From Octopus vulgaris (Eukaryota): DNA of 64,000 nucleotides. The stretch is taken from the NCBI GenBank assembly GCA_951406725.2, contig OX597815.1, positions 83,452,001 through 83,516,000 of the forward strand, in the 5' to 3' direction. Positions 48,421 through 63,511 of this stretch are shown here, in pieces. Under the pieces are notes generated by a model that was given only the letters and a program-made list of their open reading frames with translations, was not told where the DNA came from and did not search any database. The translations under genes were made by a program, and so were the position numbers. Position 1 is the first letter of the stretch. Each line of letters starts with the position of its first letter.

Positions 48421-49682
48421 CTATAGGAATCATTAACCCAATACCGAACAAAGAAAATTGTATCTATGTATGTATTTATAATAAAATCAAAGTGTAGAAA
48501 AAAGCATAAATTCTACATGTGATCTATAATTTAATTATTTTCAACAGGTGTTGTATTAGCATAAACATCATTAATTCCATTATTTGGTAATTAAGACACA
48601 TAATTAATTTTAATTAATTATTTTTAAAATCTCCATTACGCAGTTATGGAATTAAGCATGTTTATGAAACAGCTATGGACGACAATTAAATTATAAGCTC
48701 TATATGAAATACATATTTTCCGCTTTTTATTCTAAATGTGTTGCTCTGAAAGCTTCTTTTAGCCAAGTATGTTTTAACCAAGTATGTTTTAGCCAAGTGG
48801 ATTACAAAGAGAGTTCATGCAATGTAATAATGTGTTGGAGTTTTGTAATAACGTGTTGGAGTTTAAAGAGCTGTTATGATTTGAGCTCTTAATTACTGTG
48901 TATATATTCTGATGCTTATTTAAATGCAAGCAATGCAACAGTATTTCTTTCTGTAACCTTAAAATACAACGAACTATATTATAGGTTTATAATATATCGT
49001 GTAAAAAAAGTTTTGTAATTTAATCCCAACCTACATTTATTGTCATACACATGCACACATGCATACACACACTTACACACACATGCACACACTTATATAT
49101 ATATATATAAATGGAGTTATGTATGTACATACACATGTGTGTACTTTATATATATAGAGAGAGACAGATATATATACTTATATATATATATGCACACATA
49201 CATTCACATACACATACATACATCCGCACATAGATAAAATCAGGAGGGATGAGAAATAAATATAAAGTTATTGAACCACGTGACTGCCATAGGACTAAGG
49301 CCCCTTTGTAACCCCCTTCATTTAGTATTAATTTCAGCATACAACAAATTATCTGTACATGTTAGTATTAATACAGATGCTCAGGTTTTACAATACAGTT
49401 GTACGTTCACATATAAAAGCAATTTAACAAACGTTGCTCATCAGACCAACAACTTATATTCTGGCCTTCCATTTCTTGAACATAGAAAGAGTTAATTGTT
49501 TGTGTATTTAGATTTCAGCTGTTGCGGTAATCTCGATGTTCTGGAGTTCTGAAATTAGTATTACACAGAAGTTATGAAATGCCCATATTCTTATGGAAGT
49601 TACATGGTTAAATAAATCTACATTTAAGGCTCGTACCTCTTGACTTTATTGCTCGGATAGTCGGATATTCAAAATTTTTATT

Positions 49683-50002
49683 TGGGCAAGTGTCTTCTAC
49701 TATAGCCTCGGGGCAACCAAAGACTTGTGAGTGGATTTGGTAGACGGAAACTGAAAGAAGCCCATCGTATAAATGTTTATGTATATGTTTGTGTGTCTGT
49801 GCTTGTCCCCCCCCCCCCAACATCGCTTTACAACCGATGCTGGTGTGTTTACGTCCCCATAACTTAGCGGTTCGGCAAAAGAGACCGATAGAATAAGTAC
49901 TAGGCTTACAAAAATAAGTCCTGGGGTCTATTTGCTCGACTAAAAGCGGTGCTCCAGCGTTACCACAGTCAAATGATTGAAACAAGTAAAAGAGTAAAAG
50001 AG
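49683..50002 (+). mobile_element. SINE family S2
   Basis: Ends aaagcggtgctccagcgttaccacagtcaaatgattgaaac-(AGTAAAAG)n; four other copies in the window. Confidence 0.85.
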
Positions 50003-50815
50003 TATGCACACTATACTACATTACATTGTACTACCTCGTAATTAATTACTATGTAGACTGGTAGCCGACTCCGTATGGGGAGATTTCTGTGGTAGATGCA
50101 TGATTCTTTGAATCCATAGGAGTTGGACATATATTTATAAACGTGAGGTAGTGTGAGTATTACACGTGAGACAGAGAGACAACGAAAAATAGTTCTTGTG
50201 TTGGTTCGGGTTTTCTCCACGTATCTTAATCCCAGTGTGTTTATAACGGCTGTAAAATATCTGTTTATATACTGCAATGAATAAAGTTTATTCAGACATA
50301 CCAAGTTTCACACACCTACTTACAATCACATACACATACAGACACACTAATATGTGTGTGTGTGTGTATACGCGCGTGTCTCTGTGTGTCTGTGTACGTT
50401 GCATGTTTGTGTTCGTGTGTGCGCACGTGTGTTTTGTGTGCGAGATTTTACACACTATAAGTTATCTGTTTATTTATGTAATGTTACCCTATATAAACTG
50501 TTTTTAGATATAAATATGCATATTTCTCAAGCAAGTATAGATATACATTTGATAATGTTTCTCTCTGTGTGCATGTGTACTCGTGCGCATGTATGTGAGT
50601 TAGTGCGTGTGTGTATCTGTGTTTGTGCGTACTTCTATGTATATAGTAATATGTAAGTGTGTATATATGGCGTTAAATATGCATATGTATACATATATAT
50701 ATATATATGTGTGTGTGTATGTATATATATATAGGTACATATATATACTGTAAATATATATGTACATACATATATATAGGAACATATACATACTATACAT
50801 ATACATATTTATATA

Positions 50816-50867
<52 letters not shown>

Positions 50868-51473
50868 ACTATGCACATACCTATATCTATATATACACAC
50901 ACATATATACATACATACATATCTCACGTGTAAATATATGCAAATATTTACCTGCTTCTACTTATGCGGAGATATCTGTAAATTTGTTTAAAATTCACTC
51001 ACATTTACCCACATGCATTTTAATACGCATGCACATACACACACACACGAACACACGCACCCACACATAACACAAACACATGTACGTACGCACGCGCATA
51101 GACACACACACACACTCGTACGCACGCACTTATATACACAGTATTAGCATCGTGAAATTACACATGTAGCCATGTATCCGCTCGCTCATGTGTTTGTTGT
51201 TTTGTAGGTTCCTAAGAAATGGCATTATTCTTCATATTTTATACTTTACACTTTCATCTTTCCCACATCTGCTTATGAGGAAATTTTTTTTTTCTTCCAT
51301 ATATTCAACACTCCTTTCCCTAAAACACACACCAGCCATACACACAAGTACGCACACGCACACACACACAAAGAAATATGTATATATATTTGCATGTATG
51401 TATATATATAGGCACACACACACACGTACACGTACATACAAATATATATATATATATATACATACATACATAC

Positions 51474-51533
<60 letters not shown>

Positions 51534-51597
51534 GTATACACATACATATATATATATATGTGTGTATATATATATACATATATATACATATATATAC

Positions 51598-51641
<44 letters not shown>

Positions 51642-52109
51642 GCACACACACACACGTACACACACACACACACAATCCTATTGGAATACCGAGTAAGCAC
51701 GTTTGTTTATATTTGCAATTTGTTGATGATATGCTCCGCATATCGTCGACACACTGCACCAAAAGAATACAGAGCATTGACCTCTGTAGTATCTGTGTTA
51801 AGTGAATTTGCATATCCACATCCGTTTTAGCTCTATCTCAATCTCTAACTTTAGCCAATCAAAGATAAATGCGAAATGAAGAGGATATGAGCGGCCCAAT
51901 GCAGGGAGTGACGTCACTACATTCTTAAATTCCGCTCAAATCCGTAGTCGGTCGTATACTTATTCCTTTGTTTAGCAAAGACTTGGCGTCTCCCATTTAC
52001 TCTCTCTATCTCACTCTTTATCTCATTCCTCTTTTTTCCTATTTCACTATTTATATTTTTCTTTCGTTCTTTTTCATGCTTCTCTCTTTAATTTTTTTTT
52101 ATATATATA

Positions 52110-52623
52110 CTAGCAGTATCGCCCGGCGTTGCTCGGTTTTGAAGGGAAATAACTATATAAGCATTTTTAGAGAGTTACTTCCCTTATAGATACCAATTCG
52201 GGCTTTCTTAGCCATTTCTGTTTTGGTGTCTTCAAGCCATGAAGTCGTTGTTCTAAAAGAACGCTGGTCTCCTTGAGAACGCTTTACGACGTTGATTTCC
52301 TTACACTCCCTTCCCCACAGCTTCACGAGGGAGGGAAGAAGGGGGAGAAGCAAACAGGTGCAGGTGTCTGAGCGTGGACGCCAACTCTGCCGCCATCGAC
52401 ACACGAAAAATTATGCATTAAAATGGAATAAAAAATGATGTTAAATTATTTTTAAAATCGTAGACTCATCGTAGACGCGCGCTAATACTCAGACGGGCTC
52501 GGTATGAATCACGACTATAAGATACCCGAATTTGGTTAAACTGCACCGCAAAATGTGGGAGTAGTTAGGAATCTAAATCGAAGGGGACAGACACTCACAC
52601 AACTACAGTTTTATATATATAGA
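52110..52623 (-). mobile_element. Complete non-autonomous Helitron
   Basis: RC starts TCTATATATATAAAACTG and ends gcaacgccgggcgatactgCTAG, inserted at an A|T site. Confidence 0.8.
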
Positions 52624-52702
52624 TTTTCCAAGTTCATCCCTTTCACTCTTACTCGATTACCTCGGAAAATATGTGCATGTGTGTGCGCTCGTTGCGCGCG
52701 CG

Positions 52703-52733
<31 letters not shown>

Positions 52734-53969
52734 TTGTGTATGTGTGTATGTGTGTGTGCGTGCGTGTGTGTTTGTACGAATGTTTATAACAAGTGGATGT
52801 TTGTGTATTTATATTTTTAGTTCATTTATACATTGCATTTCTTGTATTCATTAAACATATAATTGTTTCTGATTTAGTAATAAGTTCTGAAGTTCGAAGG
52901 AAGGTCTTATTCGATGAAATCGACCGGGGTATTTCTTTGACAAAGTATTTAATCTATCCTAGAATGAAAAAAATCACAGTTGATCTATGCAGGATTTGAA
53001 CTCAGATACTTAAAATCCGGAACAAGTAATGCGAAACATTTTTTTCCAATACTCTTAGTTATTATTCTGTCATTCCGATACCTTTCCCTGGCAAAAAAAG
53101 TTTTCTTATATAGGCATAAGACCAGCAATTTTGAGGAAGGGATCTATTTGATGCTATTTATACAGTATTTGACCATATTTTATCACAACTACCCCACCCC
53201 AACAAACAAAATGATTATTTTGCATATGACTTTCACTTTCTGAAATTTTAGTCGTGATCTGCATGGTTATCGTAGAAGAAGTAATGATACAGCTGCTGGT
53301 TATAAGTTCTTTTGGGGGCAAGGTGGGGAGGATGTAATTGACAATATTTTCTTTTATGTTAAGATGATTGGGAGTGGTTCTAGAGAAAATTTTGGCTGAT
53401 AAATCTAGCAAGTCAAGTCGGCATAGAGGGCCCTTTGTTAGCTTGTCTGAATACAAGTAGTTTCTGCGCTTTTTTTTCCCCGTTAAGTATTCTGCCAGCA
53501 CACCACCTTTCTGTAAATAAATAATGGAAGTTCCTGCGAGCAAACAATGAAATCCATCACTCAAATCACACCCTATTGCCTAAAGAGGTGTTCGGTATGC
53601 TAGAGAATGTGGAAGCTGATGAAATATACGATGGTTATTTTGTTTATTTCACAACTGGGCATTTCTGATTTGAGTAACCTATGACAAATGCATTATATTG
53701 ATGTTGAACTCATCTTTTTTGTCATATCAAGAAATACATTATTCAATAATCTGCTATGAGAAAAAATTGGCTCTATTTCTAGCATGCCATCCATTAAGTT
53801 ATAAGATGTTCACATATTTATCTGATGCTTAGATTCATGCCTAAATAAAATCCCAGTCTGTGAATCACATCATATAGTCCGATAATTGAGTGTGTGTATT
53901 CCGATTTTCTCTTCTACTGAGATAAATTTGGGACCCAAATATATTTCAAATAACGGTTTCAAAATCTAG

Positions 53970-54165
53970 CTCAGAACCGTTAGTTTTTGAGGAGAGGGTG
54001 AAATCGTTGACATCAACCTCAGTGCTCGACTGGTACTTAGTTTAGAGGCTCCTAAAGGATGAAAGGCCATGTCGACCTCAGTGGGATGCGAAGTCAAAAC
54101 GTAAAGACAGATGAAATGCTGCAAAGTTTCTTGTCCGGAGTACAAGTTCTGCCAGCTCGCCGCCC
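53970..54165 (-). mobile_element. Diverged SINE family S1
   Basis: ctggtactta...aaaggatgaaaggccatgtcgacctc...ttctgccagctcgccgcc. Confidence 0.75.
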
Positions 54166-55944
54166 TACACATGTTTCATATAAGGATAAATAATGTCAAC
54201 AAAAGTTAATGACATTTCATTGAAAGTGTGCCTATAATCTGAGAAATCCGCTCCACTAAACAACAGACAGGAAAATGCTTCAAATTAAAGAGATTGTATG
54301 TAGTCGTTCCACTCGTTTGAAATAGCAGCCGATTTCCCTCTAATCACACCGCCTCGTTTAAAAACAATAGCAGGAGATATATTGGATAATGAAGACCTAG
54401 CTACCTAAATTCAAATCATAGGAGGGATGTAATGTCTTTGATGTTAAGAGTGCTTGATCAAATATGACTTTGAGAAAATAGCATAGAGAGAGGACATGAA
54501 TAAATAATTGAAGTTTTACTTCTTCTCACTCGTCATTATTTTCTTTTTATTCTTCTCTTAATGTGGATTGACCATTAATTATTTTTCACCCAACCTTGAC
54601 AGGAAATGAACTCAGTAAAAAAATGTGACTCAAATATATACCATACCGCATTTTTATTTAGTATTCAACCATCGACAAACACAATTAATATCTCTCTTAT
54701 CATTGTGAATGCTCTCCTCTTAAAAACTACTAAGCCTATGAACATATAATCACAGAATATTTCTGAATGCTCGTGAGATTAAGGAAGTAGTTCAGATTAA
54801 TGATATTAATATTTTCCATACCATATATACTGCTTCAGGCAATGCAGTTTTATCTATGTAGTTGCTTTCGAATGCTGAAAGACTTTCTGAGTTAATTCTT
54901 CAGTTTTAACTCATAATATCCAAATATAACAAGCGTGATTAGAATTATTTGGGGATTCATGACCAAAGGTTCACAATCACCATTTCTATGTATTTGTGCT
55001 AGAATAAGTTTTGTTTTTCTCCTCAATTCAAGTATCCTAAAATTCCCCTATTTAACAGGGCGCAGAGTGTATCAGCCCCAATAGGACTGTCGTCAATGTT
55101 GTAAGAATAGGGATATTCATACGGTGTATCTATTGCAATTGTGTACCAGCTATCGGTGATAATTTCGGCAGAATCGTTAGCATGTAGAACAAAATGATAA
55201 GCAACATGAAATACAAAGGACTGTTATACATTCACCTTCTAAGGCGAGTTATTTTTCTGTCCTTTAATTTAAAATAATAACTGTTGTTTGCCTTTGAAAA
55301 TATTATCTAAGTGAATCTATTTTTGTTGTACATTTGATTAAGTCAACCTAGTTCCGGTTCCTGAAACTGCTAGTTCGTTCCTTGTATCTTACATATAAAA
55401 TTTGAAAAAATAATTTGTAAAATATTGTTTTGGAAAAAATAATAATTTAAATCTAGTTCTAAAGAATTGCCAACTAGTCAACGGGAGGAGGTAGAGAGAG
55501 GTGATTCTGAAATGAAAATGGATTTTGTTATTCAAAATGTCCCCTATTTCACTCATTCTCATTAATAGAGACTCGCCGCGTTTGAATGACCAAGGTTCAA
55601 AATGTAAAATCATTGGCACCACTGTGACAGGGTAAAGTAAGAATAATAGTAATTATAACAACTATACGCCAAAAGGAAACGATAGCACCTTGACAAAGAT
55701 CATGATCATGATCATCAAAAGCTTGAAATTAACAAGAACACCGCCAGTAATTTCTCAATCACTAGCATTCGTACTACACACAAACATTGACTCCAACACA
55801 ACAACTAATCACACCTATTGCATGAGTAGGTAGTGAGAAAGTCACACATTCTGCTGCTAGCTCAAGCAGCAACACTAGCAAATTTGTTGCCATCTAAATC
55901 AGCCGCATGATTAGCAAAATTAATAGTAAAATATGTCGTCAGAC

Positions 55945-56250
55945 CCCAGGACATTTTTAAAGCCTAGTACTTATTCTATCAATTTGTTTTTGCCTAACCG
56001 CTCAGTTACGGAGATGTAAGCACATCACTGGTTATTAAGCTGTGATAACAGCTGTGACGGAGGGACAAACACAGACATGAAGACACACACACACATAGAT
56101 ATATACATACATATATATATATACATACATATATATATATGGCTTCTTTCATTTGCCGTCCATTAAATCCATTTACAAGGTTTTGGTAGGCCTGAAGTTA
56201 TAGTGGAAGACACTCGCCTAAGCTTCTTACCACACGGCCACGACAGCACC
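55945..56250 (-). mobile_element. Diverged SINE family S2
   Basis: agcctagtacttattctatc...ggcttctttcatttgccgtc...aaatccatttacaagg. Confidence 0.7.
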
Positions 56251-56259
56251 TTTAAAGGT

Positions 56260-58400
56260 ATTTATGGTTTCGTAAATCTTTTCTATTATGCAGTTTGATG
56301 TTTCAATTAGACGACTTTTCTACTTTAAATCATTGAATACATTTGCAAATGACTTGTCTGCAGTCATTTGGAGTACTTCCGATTCTAGGAGCTTTCAAGC
56401 TGTATGTATTTTCTGAAATATTGTTTATTTCTTAGCTCGTTTTCCTTTTACAGTGTTCTGGTGTCGAACTTCATTCCTTGTCTTTTTTACAATTTTGTAT
56501 AAGATCCTAATGTATTTTCCCTTCCTCAAAAGTATTTTACGTTTTGTTATTGCCATTTCATTATTTTCAACTGGTTTCTAATGACTATTTGTCTTCTGGC
56601 TTTTTTTTTTTTCAATGCCTTGTTGATTTTAATAAAGTTCTGTGTTTTTTTATGGTTTAGCTAGTTCTCATATCTTAAGACGTCATTTGGTTTTGGGTAA
56701 TTCATATTATTGTAGTATGTTTATCTTGATTAATGTATTTTCCTTGCCGATATCATATCTTTCTCAGAATATTGTTTTTCCACAAAGTTTGCAGGGGTTT
56801 ATAGATTCTTATATAACAAATGTTAACAGGTACCCCCTTTTTTTCTCACTACAGCAGATGCTGTATGTACATTGAACAGTTTGTTTATTCCAGTATTGTT
56901 ATTAACATCTGTTGGCATGTTTATTGTTGTTCCTATTTTATCATTCAGATTCTTCTTCGGGGTTTTTTCTGTTTGTTCATAAGAAGATCTATCGATGTTA
57001 ATTCTTGAATATTTCCATCTTTAGATTATTGTCATATTTAAAATTTCTTTCTAGCTTCAGATCTGTCTCGTATTTAATTGTATTTATACCCACTTCTGCT
57101 TTTGTTGCTAGATGTTTCTGTAGGGATGCCAGTATTTATATTTGTGGGTTTATATTATTTTCATTGTATCTTTTGCTTACGCTCGTCTATCTTCCAGAAT
57201 TATATTTCAATATTTATTCTTTAACAATTTTAATGATTATTTTATTTCCATTTTGAATTGATTTGTTCACTTTTATTCATTTTTCCCATTTTCAATATAC
57301 ATTCCTCCTTTGCATGTTCTATTCACTTATGTAGTATTTGTGTAGGTGTCTTTCTGATGTTTAATATCATTTTTGTCCAGGCACGTGTATTCTTCAATAA
57401 GCTGACATTTGGGGATCAGAGTTAATTTTAGATTAAGTTAATTTTCTTTCCAGTATATATGAGTATACTGCGATAGCCTGCTTTTCTTTCAATTGGAGTT
57501 AACTTATGTACATTAAACATATATTCTCGTAAGACGCTTTATGCCTATTCGTATATGGTCAGGCCTTGACATGTAGAGCGCCTTTGTTTTTTCTTAGATT
57601 GCTATTATTTTCATTGATTATCAGTGTTTTGCGTATTTTGTTTTAGTTCATGTTCTTTTCTTGGAGTACACTTAGTACTTCAATTATTATTGATGTTGGT
57701 CTTTTTTTTTTCACAATCACGCACCAAACATATTTCCCTTTCAATATCCTTGTAATTTAATAGATTTATGGTTTCCTTTCAGGAGGTATTATAATAAGAA
57801 AAAAATCGACATCTCAAAAGATATTTTAGTTCTTGAACTTTATTATTATAGATAGACTTTCTCTAGATATGATTTCTTTTTTGGTTGGGTATGCCCTAAA
57901 TACATCATATTTCCTGTTTGTAACGTTTGAATATCTCACCTCAATTTTCAAGTAAAAGCGTCGACCTATTACCCAGTTGATATAGCTGTCCACTTGATCA
58001 TGTCTTTGGATTACTAGACTTTCACATAAGAAAGATTAACAAATGATGTGGTCAACTCTATCAGCTAAACGACTGCATTGTCTATTCTAGTTATTTAATT
58101 CTTGTTGCTTCAATTTGCTCATGTAGTTCATTGGGGACTAGGTTATCTGCGCTACAAAAATCAGAGCTACTACAATTTTCTGTTTTTACACTATTGTTGA
58201 TTTTTATTCTGGTCTACTTTCTTGCAGGACATTAGCAATAGAATATTGTTAATTTACATATCATTATTTCACATATTTTTAAAATATCTTTCGATTTTAT
58301 GCATTGAATAGTTAGTCCTTACTGTGCTTTCTTTGTATGTATGCATATATGCATTGGCAGTTATTTTTTCTGTCATGCGGGGAGATGAATTTGAGAAATG
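56260..58400 (-). mobile_element. Very old L1-like LINE relic
   Basis: Long strand-asymmetric block (T-rich on +) without microsatellites, with weak endonuclease/linker-like remnants. Confidence 0.35.
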
Positions 58401-59035
58401 CGTTTTACTCGGAAAGGAAGGTGAAAGTGTAGCGAGTTATCCTTTCATATCAAAAGGTGGGTGATTATGGTGAAAATGGTTACAGTCTACGTTTGTACTC
58501 TAATCATGCACTTGTAGATCGGGAACAACAGTTTCGAATGGGGGGAACTTTATTGGTTATAGTAATCTTGGATCTGTAAATATCTTCATATTACCCTATG
58601 TAGGCGCTCGTATTTGTGAGCATTGATATGATCAATTTATCCATATAGTTATTTTAACTTAATAATGTATTTTACATCTTTCCGTTTTTCTTCTTTCTTT
58701 TGGAATCTCCCTATAGTATTTTAACTGCTTCCAAGAGAGAATTTAAATCTACCTACACAGGTAATCCTACCTTATTCCACGTCTGCTTAATTATAGACTA
58801 ATTGAAGATCCGCATCAGAAGTAAAGGCGCAATTCAATTCGGAAAGGATGTTTGTTGGTATCACCATCATTATTATGAGTTTGTAGGAGACTGAGAAGTA
58901 GACGCTTTGATGATCCCAATAAATTTATGTTATACATTAGTTTGCAAGAACATCGAAGCGACTGTGATAACGTGTCGATAAGGCAGTATTTCTAAGCCAA
59001 GTCGTACCTGACTCCAAAATGTAATGTTTTATAAT

Positions 59036-59115
<80 letters not shown>

Positions 59116-60089
59116 TAAGCTTAAGTAAATGGCGATTCTTTATTGAAGCAACCAAAAACGTTACAGGTACACGTTTCCTGACTCCCATAACAGAATGCTA
59201 TGCACACTTTCGGGAACCGGATTTAAATTCGGAACCTAAATGGAGGTAATAAAAATAATTCAAAATCATTTCGTCCGGTGCTTCACCACTTCCACACGCA
59301 CATAATTCTTTGATCATCATATAATATATATGATAATGACATAGCTAACATCGTTGCCTTTGCTATGACTACTGATTATGATAGCTCTGATACGTCTGCT
59401 GCCGAGTGCAACTAACATCACCATCGATTAATCGATATCTGAATTGATTTCTTTAGATTATTGCCTTTTATCTCAAATCGAGGCTATTCAAATTACCTCA
59501 GGAGAATGAATAGGAATGCCAGTTTTCAGTACACGTCAGTCAATGATTGCGATTTCTGAAACACTATTTACCATGGTTAGAGAAGGTATAGAATTCTAAG
59601 TCAGCGGAGATCGTGTTATTATTAAAAGATTCTGGCATAAGAATTGGTCGACATATTTATTTATCATGTATATATGTATATATTTATTTATTTATTCACT
59701 TCAGATGCTTCTATAATTTATTAATACATTTTTCATTATTTTTTTTTACCCAATATTTTAGAGGATTGGAAGTTATTGGAAGAAAATGTATTCAGGTTAT
59801 GAATATTCATCTCACCCTGTGTGACAGAGTGCCTCGTGATTTCCACTATTGATTTGGAATTTTCCCTGTTTTGTAATGTTCAACACTTTTCTGCTTGAGT
59901 ATATTTTTTGAGGTATTTTCCTTGCTTACTTGGTATAGAACTCTGTGTGTGTGTGCGCGCGCGTGCTTGTGTGTGAGGGAGTGGGTGAAAAAGTAATTTC
60001 TAAAAGTTAGTTTGCATCAATTACTACATTCCTACGGCATTTGCAATATTATTTTTTGAAGTGATAAACAAGTGTCTCTACAAGGTATC

Positions 60090-60850
60090 GGGTCGGGGAG
60101 AATGCCACTGATGATTTTACTGGTCTTGACCAATTTCCGACGATTTCACAGCGCTGTCTTCAGTAATGTCGAAAACTGCCACCTCAGGCAAGACTGACGA
60201 AACAAATCCTGACATATTCTCCTTTGAATAACTTTCGCTACTGCGGACATTATTGCAACGATTATCAAACTTAATCCCTATTCAGTAGTGGGCTCTCATA
60301 AGTTCCCCAGCATGTATAATGAAGGAGTGCTGACGATGACTTGACTATCCTCTTGCAAAATACTGGAGGGATTCGCTGAACTCTCGTGTTATTTTCAGAC
60401 ATTGCTTTTCCAGTCATATCGTCTCTGTTTTTAAATTGCTCGCAGTGAAATTACCACGCGGCCCCATTAAACTTTCTCGTCATTGAAGTGCAACGGAGAA
60501 TTATGTGATCACAAAGCCCTCCGGGACAAAAGGCCTTCTTGATTCCAATTAACATGCTTTCCATGATAGCAGAGATTGCCCAACGTCGTTCCTGTATCAC
60601 GCTGATGACAAAGTGCATGCGCTGAGAGAAAACTATAACACAGATGTAATTTACCTTGACTTCCCTGAAGCTTTCGATGAAGTCGCCTACAGAGTTCCCT
60701 TGAAGAAATTATCCAATATCGGAGATTGTGTAATCTATTGTACATAGATCCCGACGTATTCTAATCGTCGGAAATCAGTCAAGACCAGTAAAATAATCAG
60801 TGGCATTCCCCCGACCCGATACATTGTAGATACACTTTTGTCTATCATTT
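60090..60850 (+). mobile_element. Decayed CR1 LINE RT fragment
   Basis: IKLNPYSVVGSHKFP, KEC...LDYPLAKYWRDSLNS, DVIYLDFPEAFDEV. Confidence 0.75.
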
Positions 60851-61690
60851 CAAAAAATAATATTGGTAATGCCACAAGAATCTACTAATTGATGCAAAAT
60901 AACATTTAGAAATTACTTTTTCATTCCCTTCCTCACATACAAGTAAGCGCGCACACACACACACACAGAAGAAGAAGAATTAGTCCTAAGTTAATTTGTA
61001 ATGAAATTTTGGGATTGTGTCTTTTTCATTTACATATACGTATGTAAAAATGTATGCGTGTGTATTTATATATATATAGGGGCAGGAGTTGCAGCGTGGT
61101 AAGAAGCTTGATTCCCAACCACATGGTTCCGGTTTCAGTTCCACGGAATGACAGCTTACTTATAGAAAAATCTACCAGTAAATAATTGTTGGTTTTTAAA
61201 AAAACCCATTAAAGCTATTATTTACTCTTATTATATGACTAATTGGAATTTTCACTCCCTTACGACAACCCATAGTTTCTATCTCTAAAGAACTATTTTT
61301 GTGATACGCATGGGAAAATTTTGGTGGGAAAATTTACGGATTCAATCGTCTATATAGGTTTGGCCTATGCTTGCTTTCTTTCACTATTTCGATGTCGCCT
61401 GATCGAGAAGTGGAGGTAAGTAGCATATGATAAATCTATTTTAGTGGAGGTTTACGCTGACCAAATACATGGAATTGATATTTCATTATATTCCTAATCT
61501 AGAAAAGCGTTCGTGAATAACCGTTAGACTTTGTTATTTCTTCCTTCTGTTTCGCATATGTGAATTACAGGGATATGTCGTATGTGGAGTCTCATTTGTA
61601 CAAAATAGAAATAAACAGTCTTTGGCTGCTATTTCTAATTTTTTCGGTATGTGGTTAAGCAACCTGTTGCCTGCATCTTTTATTTATATA

Positions 61691-62069
61691 CTAGCAGCAT
61701 CGCCCGGCGTTGCTCGGGTTTGTAAGGGAAATAACTATATAAGCATTTTTAGAAATGTAAAGTATAATAGCCATCTCAATATGGCTAACCACAAAGAGGG
61801 TGGTGTTACCGTAGCTTTATACGTTCTGAGATTTACTAATAAACTTTTAGAGAGTTACTTCCCTTATATATGCATCAAAAATGGGAAAAATTGATGGTAT
61901 TTTATTTTTTTAATCGTAGACTCATCGTAGACGCGCGCTAATAGCTCGATATGAATCACGACTAAAAGATACCCGGTTTTGGTTAAACTGCACCGCAAAA
62001 TGTGGGAGTATTTAGGAATCTAAATCGTAGGAGACAGACAGCACACAACCTTACTTTTATATATAAAGA
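61691..62069 (-). mobile_element. Complete non-autonomous Helitron
   Basis: RC starts TCTTTATATATAAAAG and ends gcaacgccgggcgatgctgCTAG; 5' half homologous to 52110-52623. Confidence 0.8.
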
Positions 62070-62078
62070 TATATTATT

Positions 62079-62111
<33 letters not shown>

Positions 62112-62118
62112 ATAAATG

Positions 62119-62200
<82 letters not shown>

Positions 62201-62244
62201 TATATAGTTGGAATTCATAGAATATATATATATGTATATGTATG

Positions 62245-62428
62245 TATCTGTGTTGTGTCTCTGTCTCTCCACCATCCGATGACAACCGATGTTGGTGCGT
62301 TTACGTCTTCGTAAGCCAGCGGCTCGGCAAAGAGAAGCGATAGAATAAATATTAGGCTTACAAAGAATAATTCCTAGGCCCGATTTGTTCGACTAAATGT
62401 GGTGCTTCAACATATAACCACAGTCAAA
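62245..62428 (+). mobile_element. SINE family S2, 3' part
   Basis: acaaccgatgttggtgcgtttacgtc...aggcttacaaagaataa...ggtgcttcaacatataaccacagtcaaa. Confidence 0.75.
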
Positions 62429-62435
62429 AGAATGT

Positions 62436-62466
<31 letters not shown>

Positions 62467-62926
62467 CGTGTGTGTCTCTGTGTGTGTGTGCGTGCGTGCC
62501 TGTGCGTGTGCTGACAATCACGGTACTTGACATAAGTAGTGAGGTATATTTTAGTACGGAATAAATTAACCGAAAATAATTATCAATGAATTCATATGTA
62601 CTCATATATGTATATTTGCACGTAACTACGTTAGCGCTCATTAGCGTAGCGTACGTGTGTTCACATCTAAATACGACTCCAACAAATATCAGCTGCTTTG
62701 CACTTTCTTTAAAGTGGAAACGTCAAAAGCAATTATAAATTTCAGTGTGTCCCTTTTATCTCCCTCTTCACAACGGACGATGTAAGATTTTACACCTCTG
62801 TCTTCTTGCTATTATCCCTCTCTTTTCTCCCGTCCTTTATACTACTTTTCATTTTTCGTAGTTAAACATCCACTTAATTTTCCTTATGTTTCTCTCTTTG
62901 TTGCACTTCGATGTCTGCCTTATTTC

Positions 62927-62929
<3 letters not shown>

Positions 62930-62993
<64 letters not shown>

Positions 62994-63142
62994 CATTATT
63001 ATTATGATTATTATGATTATTGTTGGTGTTGTTATTTTATTATTATTTTACTTATTATCACTGTTATCATTATTATTATTATTATTATTATCATTATTAG
63101 TATCATCATCATCATCATTATTATTATTATTACTACTACTAC

Positions 63143-63187
<45 letters not shown>

Positions 63188-63273
63188 CATCATCATTATA
63201 ATCATCTTCATTATTACTATTATTATGTTTATTATTACTATTATTATTACTATTATTAATATTATTTTTATTA

Positions 63274-63333
<60 letters not shown>

Positions 63334-63419
63334 CATCATCATTATCATCATCTTCATTTTTATTATCATTATTATGTTTATTATTACTATTATTATTATT
63401 ATTAATATTATTTTTATTA

Positions 63420-63450
<31 letters not shown>

Positions 63451-63452
63451 AC

Positions 63453-63508
<56 letters not shown>
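62930..63508. repeat. ~580-bp degenerate (TTA)n/(TCA)n microsatellite
   Basis: Directly visible. Confidence 0.95.

Positions 63509-63511
<3 letters not shown>

Noticed and set aside
49405-49450. Minus-strand CTGATGA-gcaa...ttgc
   Set aside because: No GAAA or cleavage site follows.
54876-54908. Minus-strand aaaa-CTGAAGA-attaactca-GAAA-GTC-ttt
   Set aside because: Stem II cannot pair and stem I is only A-U; compatible with chance in AT-rich DNA.
60135-60170. Minus-strand CTGAAGA-cagcgctgt-GAAA-tcGTC
   Set aside because: No stem I, and it lies antisense within a CR1 relic.
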